Counted from the first letter of the stretch, positions 17,652 through 26,831 are shown. The stretch: DNA of 64,000 nt from Candidatus Babelota bacterium (GCA_013286795.1 JABDFA010000001.1:104970-168969), one strand, 5' to 3'. Notes: a model not told the origin generated them from the letters alone. Made by a program: numbers and translations.

Positions 17652-17710
17652 ATTTTCCCAAATTTAAATATGTCTGATAATGTGTATTATGTAAAAAGAA
17701 CTACTGTTTT

Positions 17711-18748
17711 TTAAAAACTAAAAAATTGATTCTTGAAATCATTTAAATCAAGTTTATTGTTATCCCTAAAAAGGTTACCATAATAAATTTTGTTTTCAAA
17801 GAGCTTAGGAGAAAAAAATATCTGCATATATTTAGCTGATGTCTTTTTATGTATAATTTTTTTTAACACATCAAAGCAATATATGTCAATATTTAAATTA
17901 TTTTGGTCATAATTGCAAAAAAAGATCTTTTTTGAAAGAAAAAGAGGCAAAAATGGCAAAATTGACATTTCAGATTCCTTGACAAGCAAAGGCAAGGCAA
18001 AGGTAAAAATCTTTTCACTATACCAATCCTCGCCCTCTTTTTTTAATCTATGGCAAAAGAAATTTATTGTATTTGCAAATTCATCTATATTTTTTTCATA
18101 TTCAATTACAAATCCTTCATCTGGGCCAATCATATTCAGAAAAAATATTGGGGTTTTTTCAAAGTTATAAACCAGTTTTTTTACTTTATGATTCATAACA
18201 AATATTTTATAAAAGCTTTTATGTTTTCTAAATTTAGTATCAGTATATTTACTTATATAAAAATATTGAGAATCAACTTTCTGTGGAAAAAAAATTTCTT
18301 CTTCTTCATCTTCCAAAACAGTTTCAATGCAATTATTATCGATATTCATTAATGCTATAAAACTCTTATTGCCTTTTTTTGCGCTAAAATAAAATTCATT
18401 TTTATTGATCCAGTTGATAAAGCTTATATTATATATTGGCTCAGAGAAATTAATTTTATTTAAAATATTATTCTCTAGGCTTCCTATCCTTATTATTCCA
18501 TTATCTTGAAAACTAAAATTTTGCGTATCAGGTATAACTTTGAAATCCCAAAAATTTATTTTACTTCTATTTATTATTTCTTGAATTTTATTATCATTTG
18601 GATTATAAACTAACAATTCTGATTGATTTTTATAGGTATGAACTAAAAAGATATATTTAGTTTTACTATCTATAGCTACTGGGTGCACAAATTCGCATGA
18701 AAGGGTTATATTAGTGTAAAAGAAGAAAAAAGTTATTATTTTAATCAC
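17711..18748 (-). CDS. Hypothetical exported protein (345 aa)
   Basis: Hydrophobic N-terminus MIKIITFFFFYTNITLSCEF. An N/F/K-rich body with beta-strand-like periodicity. No family recognised. Confidence 0.5.
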   Translation of the reverse strand: MIKIITFFFFYTNITLSCEFVHPVAIDSKTKYIFLVHTYKNQSELLVYNPNDNKIQEIINRSKINFWDFKVIPDTQNFSFQDNGIIRIGSLENNILNKINFSEPIYNISFINWINKNEFYFSAKKGNKSFIALMNIDNNCIETVLEDEEEEIFFPQKVDSQYFYISKYTDTKFRKHKSFYKIFVMNHKVKKLVYNFEKTPIFFLNMIGPDEGFVIEYEKNIDEFANTINFFCHRLKKEGEDWYSEKIFTFALPLLVKESEMSILPFLPLFLSKKIFFCNYDQNNLNIDIYCFDVLKKIIHKKTSAKYMQIFFSPKLFENKIYYGNLFRDNNKLDLNDFKNQFFSF

Positions 18749-18843
18749 TATTTACTCAATCTAAAATTTCTACTTCTTTTACTTATACATCAAAACAATT
18801 ATTTCATCTACAACACAAAAATACGAACTAATTCTGGCAGCAA

Positions 18844-19695
18844 CTATAAAGTTTGTTGTTTTTCTTTTGGACAAACAGCATACTCTGAAACTATCTCAGC
18901 CAATTCTGGCAATAAATATTCAGATTCAACAATTTTTTTAACATCTTGTCTTAATTTCTCTCTTTTTTCATATTCTTTTTTTATTAAGTCTTCTATAGAT
19001 TTATGTTTTACTATTTTTGCTATACCTAAAGCTGTTTGACCTCTATAATTTGTTAAATATAAAGAAGCTCCAGCTTCTAATAATAACTTTACTATGGCTT
19101 CTTGATTAGATACCGCAGCGAGCATTAAAGCTGTGTAGTCTCCATCATTTTGAATATCAGGATCAGCGCCATTTTCTAATAATACCTTTATTATATTTTC
19201 ACTATCTTTTATTATTACAGCCATTATTAAAGCTGTATCACCTCTTTTATTTTTATAATTTATATCTGCATTTCTCTGAATAGCACCAAGAACCAAAGAT
19301 ATATCTCCATTGGATGCGCCACTGAAAAGCATTTTATTTGCTTCATGATGCTGTCTTCCTTTTTTATATTCGTTTTCTATTAACAGTTTTATAGGAGCTG
19401 TTTTTGCTAAATCTAAAGCCGTTTTGCCCTTATTATTTTTTAAATCTAGAGAGACTCCAGAAGCTAATAATAGCTTTACCATGGCTTCATAAGAACTAAT
19501 TACAGCTTCCATTAAAGCTGTATAACCGTTTCCATCTGCAGTATTTATATCTGCGTTTTGCGCAAGAGCTTCTTGAACAAGTTTTAGATCGCCGCTTCTA
19601 GCACCTTTAATAAGCATTTTATCAGCATCGCTCATGCTATAAATTGCCCCAATAAATCCCAAGCAAATAAATGTGAATAATAATTTAAATTTCAT
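18844..19695 (-). CDS. Leader-bearing ankyrin-repeat protein (family member 2), two ANK blocks, C-terminal module ...KKEYEKREKLRQDVKKIVESEYLLPELAEIVSEYAVCPKEKQQTL
   Basis: Leader MKFKLLFTFICLGFIGAIYSM. Repeated G.TALM.AV......VKLLLE.GA..D. units. GGAGG RBS in the 9-bp spacer to the upstream gene. Confidence 0.9.
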   Translation of the reverse strand: MKFKLLFTFICLGFIGAIYSMSDADKMLIKGARSGDLKLVQEALAQNADINTADGNGYTALMEAVISSYEAMVKLLLASGVSLDLKNNKGKTALDLAKTAPIKLLIENEYKKGRQHHEANKMLFSGASNGDISLVLGAIQRNADINYKNKRGDTALIMAVIIKDSENIIKVLLENGADPDIQNDGDYTALMLAAVSNQEAIVKLLLEAGASLYLTNYRGQTALGIAKIVKHKSIEDLIKKEYEKREKLRQDVKKIVESEYLLPELAEIVSEYAVCPKEKQQTL

Positions 19696-19704
19696 GTCAA
19701 CCTC

Positions 19705-20331
19705 CTACAAAGTTCGTTTTTCTTTTGGACAAACAGCATACTCTGAAACTATCTCAGCCAATTCTAGAACTATATCAGCTAAATCTGGCAATAGATATTT
19801 GTCAGTAATTTCTTTATAAACATCATTTCTGAATTTTTCTCTTCTTGCATGTTCATTTTCTATTAGATCTATCATAGCAAGATATCTTCTTCTAGATCTA
19901 TATCTATATTCTTCTTTTTTTACTATATCTAAAGCTGTTTCTCCCTCACTATTTTTTAAATCTAAAGAAGCGTCATTTTCTAACAACAGCTTTGCTATAT
20001 CTTCTTTGGCAAAGAATGCAGCATTCATCAAAGCTGTATCGCCATTGTTATCTTGAATATCAGGATTAGCGCCATTATTTAATAACAACTTTACTATATA
20101 TACAGAACCATTAACTATAGCTTTATGTAAGGCTGTATAACCGTATCTATTTTGATAGTTTACATCAGCCTTATTTTTAAGGGCCTTTAGAACAAGTCTG
20201 ATGTCGCCTTCCTCAGCACCCATAATGAGCATTTCATTAGGAGTTTCATGTATGATGAATGTTTCTTCCATTGTATAAAGTGACCCAATAAACCCCAAAG
20301 ACAAAATTGAGAATAATAATTTAAATTTCAT
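19705..20331 (-). CDS. Leader-bearing ankyrin-repeat protein (family member 3) with a chimeric, partly duplicated C-terminal motif LLPDLADIVLE-LAEIVSEYAVCPKEKRTL
   Basis: Leader MKFKLLFSILSLGFIGSLYTM. ANK repeats (YTALHKAIVNGSVYIVKLLLNNGANPDIQD, DTALMNAAFFAKEDIAKLLLENDASLDLKN). The tail DNA at 19705-19765 is identical to the tail of 20482-21252 except one base. Confidence 0.9.
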   Translation of the reverse strand: MKFKLLFSILSLGFIGSLYTMEETFIIHETPNEMLIMGAEEGDIRLVLKALKNKADVNYQNRYGYTALHKAIVNGSVYIVKLLLNNGANPDIQDNNGDTALMNAAFFAKEDIAKLLLENDASLDLKNSEGETALDIVKKEEYRYRSRRRYLAMIDLIENEHARREKFRNDVYKEITDKYLLPDLADIVLELAEIVSEYAVCPKEKRTL

Positions 20332-20340
20332 GTTAACCTC

Positions 20341-20472
20341 CTATAAAATTTCTTTAGATATATCTCCATTGGATGCGCCCAAAATAAGCATTTTATTAGG
20401 AGCCTGACCCATGCTATAAATTGCCCCAATAAATCCCAAGCAAATAAATGTGAATAATAATTTAAATTTCAT
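20341..20472 (-). pseudogene. 43-codon remnant of an ANK-family gene (leader plus first half-repeat, then stop)
   Basis: The minus strand reads MKFKLLFTFICLGFIGAIYSMGQAPNKMLILGASNGDISKEIL*. The leader DNA is identical to that of 18844-19695, and GASNGDIS matches the internal string of that gene. It keeps the same GGAGG spacer but is too short for an ANK fold. Confidence 0.7.
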
Positions 20473-20481
20473 GTCAACCTC

Positions 20482-21252
20482 CTACAAAGTTCGTTTTTCT
20501 TTTGAACAAACAGCATACTCTGAAACTATCTCAGCCAATTCTGGCAATAAATATCCAGATTCAACAATTTTTTTAACATCTTGTCTTAATTTCTCTCTTT
20601 TTTCATATTCTTTTTTTATTAAGTCTGCTATAGATTTATATTTTTTTCTTTTTGCTATATCTAAAGCAGCTTCCCCCTTATTATTTTTTAAATCTAAAGA
20701 GACGCCAGCTTCTAATAATAGTTTTACTATTAGTGGATAATTATTATATACAGCCCACATTAAAGCTGTGTCACCTGTTTTGTCTTTAATATCAAGATTA
20801 ACGCCTCTATGCAGTAGTAGCTCCACAATAGATTTACAATTATCAGGTATAGCCCACATTAAAGCCGTAGCGTTGTTTTCACCGCCTTTAATATCAGGGT
20901 TGGCACCTCCGTCTAACAATAGTTCCACTATATTGTCATGGCGACACCTATGAGATGCAGCTAAAATTAAAGCTGTGTCGTCTTCATCATTTTGAAGATC
21001 AGGATCAGCGCCATTTTCTAGTAATAGTTTTACTATGGATTCATGACCATTATCTGCAGCTATCATTAAAGCTGTAAAGCCATATATATTTTTATAATTT
21101 ACATCAGCTTTCTCTTTAAGGGCTTCTTGAACAAGTTTGATGTCGCCTTCCCCCTCGGCGCCTCTAATGAGCATTTCATTGGGATCCTGCATACTGTAAA
21201 TTGACCCAATGAATACTAAAGATAGAAGCGATATTAATAATTTAATTTTCAC
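20482..21252 (-). CDS. Leader-bearing ankyrin-repeat protein (family member 4) with C-terminal LLPELAEIVSEYAVCSKEKRTL
   Basis: Leader MKIKLLISLLSLVFIGSIYSM. Five to six ANK units (FTALMIAADNGHESIVKLLLENGADPDLQN and others). The 3' 134 bp is near-identical to 18871-19004. Confidence 0.9.
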   Translation of the reverse strand: MKIKLLISLLSLVFIGSIYSMQDPNEMLIRGAEGEGDIKLVQEALKEKADVNYKNIYGFTALMIAADNGHESIVKLLLENGADPDLQNDEDDTALILAASHRCRHDNIVELLLDGGANPDIKGGENNATALMWAIPDNCKSIVELLLHRGVNLDIKDKTGDTALMWAVYNNYPLIVKLLLEAGVSLDLKNNKGEAALDIAKRKKYKSIADLIKKEYEKREKLRQDVKKIVESGYLLPELAEIVSEYAVCSKEKRTL

Positions 21253-21323
21253 AATAACCTCCCTATATTAGTAGAATCATATATATATAATATTATCAAA
21301 TAGAAAATGTACAGTCAAGGCTG

Positions 21324-22691
21324 TTATTCATTGTCTATAAACTTAGTAAGTTCTTTCTGGAATTCTAAATAAAGTGTACCTGTAGGACCATTACGTTGTT
21401 TACCTATTATTAATTCTGCCATAGATGGGTTTTCTGTATCTTGATTATAAACAACATCTCTGTATAAAAACATTATTAAATCAGCGTCTTGCTCAATAGC
21501 ACCTGATTCTCTTAAATCAGAAAGCATGGGTCTTTTATCCATACGAGCATCTACGGCCCTAGAAAGTTGTGAAAGAGCTACAATGGGTATTTTTAATTCT
21601 TTTGCCAACCCTTTTAAGGCCCTAGAAATCTCTGATACCTCCTGATGTCTATTTTCATGCTTTTTGGTTGAATGTAATAATTGAAGATAATCTATCACTA
21701 ATAACTGTAAATTGTGATCAACTTTTAACTTTCTAGCTTTGGCCCTAAGATCCATTATACTCAAGGCTGGGGTATCATCAATAAATAATTTATAGTTTGC
21801 TAATTTAGCAGCTACACTTGTAAGTTCGATCCATTCATCTGAAGATATTGTCGCATTTCTTATTTTATGCAAGGAAATATTTGATTCTGTCGACAATAAC
21901 CTCAAGGTTAATTGTTCTGCTGACATTTCAAGAGAAAATACTCCTACCGTAATACCATTAAGAGCTGCATTGGTTGCAATATTTAAGGCTAGGGAAGTTT
22001 TTCCCATAGAGGGTCTTGCTGCTAATATTATAAGATCCCCATTTTGCATACCCGAGGTAATTTCATCTAATTTTTTAAATCCAGAAGAGATCCCGGTTAT
22101 TCCTCTACTGTGAGCCTTAATATCTGAAAGATGAGAGAACGTCTTTTTTAACCATATATTTAATTGAACAAAAGACTGATTAGAACGCTTGTTGGAAATT
22201 CTAAATATTATTTTTTCTGCTGTATCTAGTACCGAGTCAATTTCTTCATCATTCTGAGAATAACAATTAGATATGATCTCGGTGGCTGATCCAATCAATT
22301 CTCTTAAAACAGACTTTTCTTTGATGATTTTTGCATGTTGCTCTACAAGACCAGATAAATGAATATCTTCTTGCAAAGAGATTAGATATACTAGCCCACC
22401 AACGAAATCTATTTGTTTTTTTTTTTCTAATTCGTCTTGCAATGTAACAAAATCAATTCTTTTCCCCTTTTGCGATAATTCTAACATAATTTCATATATT
22501 ATTTTATGACTTATATTATAAAAATCTAAAGGCAAGAGAATTTCGCCAACTTGATTAAAATTAGAATCATTTAATAAAATGGCACCTAAAACAGCTTTTT
22601 CTGCATCAACATTTGATGGAAGTTGTTTGCCCAAAACAGACTCTATTACATCGTTAGAGTTATTTTTTTTTGGATGAAATGTTTTAAGCAT
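21324..22691 (-). CDS. dnaB: Replicative DNA helicase DnaB
   Basis: LPSNVDAEKAVLGAILL (N-domain), Walker A AARPSMGKTSLALN, Walker B LLVIDYLQLL, then SRALKGLAKELKIPIVALSQLSR..E.R.DKRPMLSDLRESGAIEQDAD. Confidence 0.95.
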   Translation of the reverse strand: MLKTFHPKKNNSNDVIESVLGKQLPSNVDAEKAVLGAILLNDSNFNQVGEILLPLDFYNISHKIIYEIMLELSQKGKRIDFVTLQDELEKKKQIDFVGGLVYLISLQEDIHLSGLVEQHAKIIKEKSVLRELIGSATEIISNCYSQNDEEIDSVLDTAEKIIFRISNKRSNQSFVQLNIWLKKTFSHLSDIKAHSRGITGISSGFKKLDEITSGMQNGDLIILAARPSMGKTSLALNIATNAALNGITVGVFSLEMSAEQLTLRLLSTESNISLHKIRNATISSDEWIELTSVAAKLANYKLFIDDTPALSIMDLRAKARKLKVDHNLQLLVIDYLQLLHSTKKHENRHQEVSEISRALKGLAKELKIPIVALSQLSRAVDARMDKRPMLSDLRESGAIEQDADLIMFLYRDVVYNQDTENPSMAELIIGKQRNGPTGTLYLEFQKELTKFIDNE

Positions 22692-22696
22692 TCTTT

Positions 22697-23140
22697 TTAT
22701 TCTGAAATAACTTTAAGTAAAAATTTAGGTTTCAATTGGTTAGATAACTTTACAGTAACCTCAAATGAGCCTTGTTTTTTTATAGGCTTTTCTAGTTCAA
22801 CTTGATTTTTGGATATTTTTATTCCTTCTGTATCCAATAAATTTACTATGTCAGAAGAATTAATGGCACCATACAACTTTTCTTTATCATGCATTTTTCG
22901 CTTTAATGTTATCTTTAATGCTTTTATTTTTTCTGCAAGCATAGAAGTTTTGGTTGCTACTGCTTCTTTTCTATTTTCAATAGTTTTGACTTTATTAAGA
23001 TAAAGTTGCTCATTTTCATTTGTAATTACTACACCTAGTTTTTTTGGAACTAAAAAATTGGTGGCGTAACCTTCTTTAACTTTTATAATTTCTCCGGGTA
23101 TGCCTACTCTTTCTACATCTTTTAATAAAAATACTTTCAT
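22697..23140 (-). CDS. rplI: 50S ribosomal protein L9
   Basis: MKVFLLKDVERVGIPGEIIKVKEGYATNFLVPKKLG is the canonical L9 N-domain. 147 aa, directly upstream of dnaB. Confidence 0.9.
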   Translation of the reverse strand: MKVFLLKDVERVGIPGEIIKVKEGYATNFLVPKKLGVVITNENEQLYLNKVKTIENRKEAVATKTSMLAEKIKALKITLKRKMHDKEKLYGAINSSDIVNLLDTEGIKISKNQVELEKPIKKQGSFEVTVKLSNQLKPKFLLKVISE

Positions 23141-23224
23141 GGTTATCCTATAATTAATAATTTAATTAATTATAGTATACTCAAAAAAAGCAATTTTTTA
23201 AAATTTATACTAATTTATTCTAGG

Positions 23225-24337
23225 TTATTTTTGTTTTGGACAAACTGCATACTCTGAAACTATATTAGCTAAATCTGAAGGTAGATACTTATCAACAATT
23301 TTTTTAACATCTTGTCTTAATTTCTCTCTTTTTTTATATTCATTTTCTATTAGTTCTATGTTATATTCATTTCCTATACCTCTCGCATAATCTAATGCGG
23401 TTTTACCATCTTTATCTTTTAAATCTAAATCAGCACCAGCTTCTAACAAGAGTTCTACTATGACTTTATTATATTTATTAGCAGCCAACATTAAAGCTGT
23501 ATCTCCTCGATTGCTTTTAATATTAGGATTAGCACCATTTTCTAATAAAAAATTCACCATTTTATTATCTTGACTTCTTGTAGCATACATCAAAGCTGTC
23601 CACCCACTTTCGTCTTGATAATTTATATTTGTTTGATAATTTATATTTGCAGCAATTTTTTTATTACCAAACATAGCACTTTTAACTGAAGTCAATATTG
23701 AAGCTATATAACCCTCTTTATAATCCTCTTTTTTTTGTCCAATAGATTCTCGAACCTGTTCAAAATTCCTTGTTGATGCACCACCCAAGAGCATTTCATG
23801 CTGTCTTCTGTATCTTAGATATTCACGAGCTGTTTTTCCCTCTTTATTTGGTAAATCTAAATTAGCGCCTTTATGTATCAATAATTCTCTTATATCTTCA
23901 TGATTCATAATTGCAGCATACATTAAAGCTGTATAACCTTCATTATTTTGAATATTAGGGTTAGCGCCATTTTCTAATAATAGTTTTGCTGTACTATAGG
24001 CTACATCACAGCCTATATAATAGCCCTTATAAGGCCTTGATGCGACATACATTAAAGCTGTATAACCTTGATTATTTTGAATATCAGGATTAGCACCCCT
24101 ATCTAATAGTAGTTTTACTATTCCTGTATTGTATTTAAGACCACTCCACATTAAAGCTGTCCAACCATGTCTATCTTTATAATTTATATCTGCTTTTTGC
24201 TCAAGAGCTTCTTGGACAAGTTTGATATCATCAATTTCTGAACCTCTAATGAGCATTTCATTGGGTGATTCACTCATGGTATAAAGTGATCCAATAAATC
24301 CCAAAGATGTAAGCGATATCAATAATTTAAATTTCAT
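23225..24337 (-). CDS. Leader-bearing ankyrin-repeat protein (family member 5, 370 aa) with C-terminal LPSDLANIVSEYAVCPKQK
   Basis: Leader MKFKLLISLTSLGFIGSLYTM. Two ANK blocks separated by a non-ANK linker. C-terminal module ENEYKKREKLRQDVKKIVDKYLPSDLANIVSEYA. Confidence 0.9.
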   Translation of the reverse strand: MKFKLLISLTSLGFIGSLYTMSESPNEMLIRGSEIDDIKLVQEALEQKADINYKDRHGWTALMWSGLKYNTGIVKLLLDRGANPDIQNNQGYTALMYVASRPYKGYYIGCDVAYSTAKLLLENGANPNIQNNEGYTALMYAAIMNHEDIRELLIHKGANLDLPNKEGKTAREYLRYRRQHEMLLGGASTRNFEQVRESIGQKKEDYKEGYIASILTSVKSAMFGNKKIAANINYQTNINYQDESGWTALMYATRSQDNKMVNFLLENGANPNIKSNRGDTALMLAANKYNKVIVELLLEAGADLDLKDKDGKTALDYARGIGNEYNIELIENEYKKREKLRQDVKKIVDKYLPSDLANIVSEYAVCPKQK

Positions 24338-24346
24338 ATTAACCTC

Positions 24347-25276
24347 CTATGAAAGTTTTTTTTCTATTAGATCTACTATAGATTTATTTTCTTTTTCTAT
24401 TGCTATATCTAAAGCTGTGTGACCATATTGATTTGTTAAATATAAAGCAGCACCAGCTTCTAATAACAGCTTTGTTGTGTCTACTTGACTAAATGCAACT
24501 GCCAACATTAAAGCTGTATAACCTTGATTATTTTGAATATTAAGATTGGCACCATTCTTCAATAATAACTTTAATATATCTCCTTGAGCAAGCATTAAAG
24601 CCGTCAAACCATTTTTATCTTTATAATTTACATCTGCACCATCTTGAAGAGCTTTTTGAACGAGTATTATATTATTATCTTGCGCACCCTTTAAAAGCAG
24701 CTGATTTGAAGGATCTTTTTGTTTTGAATAATTTGCATATTCTAGAACTATATTAGCCAAATCTGGCAATAGATATTTGTCAGTAATTTCTTTATGAACA
24801 TTCTGTCTGAATTTCTCTCTTTTTTCATATTCTTTTTTTATTAAATCTTCTAAAGATTTATATTTTTCTTTTTTTGCAATATCTAAAGCTGTTTGACCAT
24901 ATTGATTTGTTAAATCTAAAGAAGCACCAGATTCTAACAACAGTTTTACTATAGTTTCTCGAGAAAGAGATGCAGCGAACATTAAAGCTGTATAGCCATT
25001 ATTATTTTGAATATCAGGATCAGCGCCATTATTTAATAACAACTTTGTCATATATAAATTTGCAGCACTCATTAAAGCTGTATTACCATATATATTTTTA
25101 TAATTTACATCAGCTTTCTTTTTAAGGGCTTCTTGAACAAGTTTCATATCACCATTTTCAGCGCCCCTAACAAGCATTTCATTAGGAGTTTCATATCGGA
25201 TGAATGTTTCTTCCAGTGTATAAATTGACCCAATAAATCCCAAACAAATAAATATGAATAATAATTTAAATTTCAT
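24347..25276 (-). CDS. Two-module ankyrin-repeat protein (family member 6): a complete leader-ANK-motif unit fused in frame to a second, leaderless and motif-less ANK unit
   Basis: Leader MKFKLLFIFICLGFIGSIYTL. The internal module KKEYEKREKFRQNVHKEITDKYLLPDLANIVLEYANYSKQK (motif at nt 24734-24772) is followed by DPSNQLLLKGAQDNNIILVQKALQDGADVNY, which resembles the mature N-terminus of other members. The protein ends DLIEKKLS. Confidence 0.9.
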   Translation of the reverse strand: MKFKLLFIFICLGFIGSIYTLEETFIRYETPNEMLVRGAENGDMKLVQEALKKKADVNYKNIYGNTALMSAANLYMTKLLLNNGADPDIQNNNGYTALMFAASLSRETIVKLLLESGASLDLTNQYGQTALDIAKKEKYKSLEDLIKKEYEKREKFRQNVHKEITDKYLLPDLANIVLEYANYSKQKDPSNQLLLKGAQDNNIILVQKALQDGADVNYKDKNGLTALMLAQGDILKLLLKNGANLNIQNNQGYTALMLAVAFSQVDTTKLLLEAGAALYLTNQYGHTALDIAIEKENKSIVDLIEKKLS

Positions 25277-25324
25277 GTCAACCTCCCCATTAACTTTATA
25301 TTAAAAATTCATAATAGTAAATAT

Positions 25325-25354
25325 ATTATACCCTAGCAAGATAAAAAGAAGCAA
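25325..25354 (-). promoter_or_regulatory. Candidate promoter for the ANK6-ANK5(-rplI-dnaB) transcription unit
   Basis: On the minus strand: TTGCTT (25354-25349), an 18-nt spacer, then perfect TATAAT (25330-25325), ~50 nt upstream of ATG 25276. The -35 element is weak. Confidence 0.3.
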
Positions 25355-25441
25355 GAATCTAATTATTATTTCAGAACAATTACATAGGTTACCCTGAAAA
25401 AGAGGAGTTTTTTTTTATTTTTGTATTTATAACCCTTCACA

Positions 25442-25888
25442 TCAATTGCTAATTATAAACTTTTGCAAAGGCTTATTTTGTTCAAAAACTAACTCTCTAT
25501 GAATATTCGTTTTAATTATTATTTCATTCTCGCTACCTGATTCTACCGTTAATGCTTCAATAGATAGCTCCGGATCATTTTTCTTTAATTTCAAAAGAGC
25601 ATCGTAATTTATTATATCACCATCCGGCCAATTTCCCTTAAAAATCACTTTTTCTGAATGATTTTCATATTTTTCTATGAGTGCATAATTATTTATACAA
25701 AAGTATGTACCAAACTTACAAAGAGCTTCTGTGGCCCTATATTGTTTTTCATATGTATATTTTTTTGCAACAGAATCCTGTAAAAGTGCTATATTTTGCC
25801 AATAATTAATAAAATATAGAGATATTATCGACAATACAAGTACTAAAACCAAAACTACAAAACCTTCTTTGTTTTTCATAATATTCAC
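25442..25888 (-). CDS. Hypothetical membrane-anchored protein, possibly a degenerate pseudopilin (last gene of the minor-pilin cluster)
   Basis: N-terminus MNIMKNKEGFVVLVLVLVLSIISLYF has a G-F-hydrophobic stretch but lacks the Glu/Asp at +5. The call rests mainly on context with the two upstream prepilin-like genes. Confidence 0.35.
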   Translation of the reverse strand: MNIMKNKEGFVVLVLVLVLSIISLYFINYWQNIALLQDSVAKKYTYEKQYRATEALCKFGTYFCINNYALIEKYENHSEKVIFKGNWPDGDIINYDALLKLKKNDPELSIEALTVESGSENEIIIKTNIHRELVFEQNKPLQKFIISN

Positions 25889-25917
25889 ATTCTAAAAATT
25901 CTAAGACTATGTTAGCT

Positions 25918-26412
25918 TTATATAGAAATAAGAAATACTTCTGATCTAGTAGACACAAGATTTTCAATTTTTTGCAAAAAGTTGTTTATTTTAAATTCTA
26001 TAGTTGTTTTTAAGAGCTTTTGATTTTCACTGACCCTAAATTCTAATCTATGTATATCTTTAGCGACCAGACTTTCGGTTTTATCTGCCCAGGTATCATT
26101 CATGGGATTATATTTTCCTATAGTTCTATACAGTCTATCTTGATCTAACTTCCAACCCACTTCATGATCTTTAGTTGAAAAAATTATTTCCTCCCTTTGT
26201 TGTTTTTTATAGCCATGATATAAACATTGGCGAATATCGTTATCTAAGAGATCAAGAGCTGTCCAGTACATTGTTTTTTGTGTGCAATTTTTGTATTTCG
26301 AGCCGTATTTACTATAGTTTTGTGCAGCAAACTGAAATATGGTCAAAATTAATAGCGAAGAAAGAAATATATATATTAATGTTTCTATTAATGTAAATCC
26401 TAAAGATTTCAT
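25918..26412 (-). CDS. Prepilin-type N-terminal cleavage/methylation domain protein (minor pseudopilin, GspJ/PilW-like size)
   Basis: MKSLGFTLIETLIYIFLSSLLILTIF is the canonical G|FTLIE prepilin peptidase motif followed by a hydrophobic helix. 164 aa. Confidence 0.7.
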   Translation of the reverse strand: MKSLGFTLIETLIYIFLSSLLILTIFQFAAQNYSKYGSKYKNCTQKTMYWTALDLLDNDIRQCLYHGYKKQQREEIIFSTKDHEVGWKLDQDRLYRTIGKYNPMNDTWADKTESLVAKDIHRLEFRVSENQKLLKTTIEFKINNFLQKIENLVSTRSEVFLISI

Positions 26413-26771
26413 ATTATTATTGCTGTTATCATACTTATTTGATGCTCTTTTTCTGTTTTCCAGTATGTGTTTATTTTTAGAACAATGAACTTATTTATGG
26501 TATTTTTCAAAATCTCAATTTTTATAGTAAAAATATCTACTTTTATCTCTTTTCTATCATATATTTTTATTTTACTGCCATTAATCTCTTCTATTATATT
26601 GTTTGAGATGTTTAACGCTCTTCTAAATAAATCTATCTCTTTCTCTTGTTTTATAAGTTGCCAGTTAGCGCAGGCCATAGATAAACAGATTATTGAAAAT
26701 ATTCCAATTGAAATTACTAGATCTATTAATAAAAATCCGCTATAATTATAAATATGATTATTGTTATACAT
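26409..26771 (-). CDS. Pseudopilin-like protein (GspI/PilV-like size) with a degenerate prepilin motif
   Basis: ...YSGFLLIDLVISIGIFSII: G-F-L-L-I-D, with Asp in place of Glu at +5, followed by a hydrophobic helix. 120 aa, with a 4-nt overlap with the downstream pseudopilin gene. Confidence 0.5.
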   Translation of the reverse strand: MYNNNHIYNYSGFLLIDLVISIGIFSIICLSMACANWQLIKQEKEIDLFRRALNISNNIIEEINGSKIKIYDRKEIKVDIFTIKIEILKNTINKFIVLKINTYWKTEKEHQISMITAIII

Positions 26772-26831
26772 AAATTATTGTTATTTCTTTAAAACTTTAT
26801 TTATACATAACATAAAGAGAAAGGATATTAA

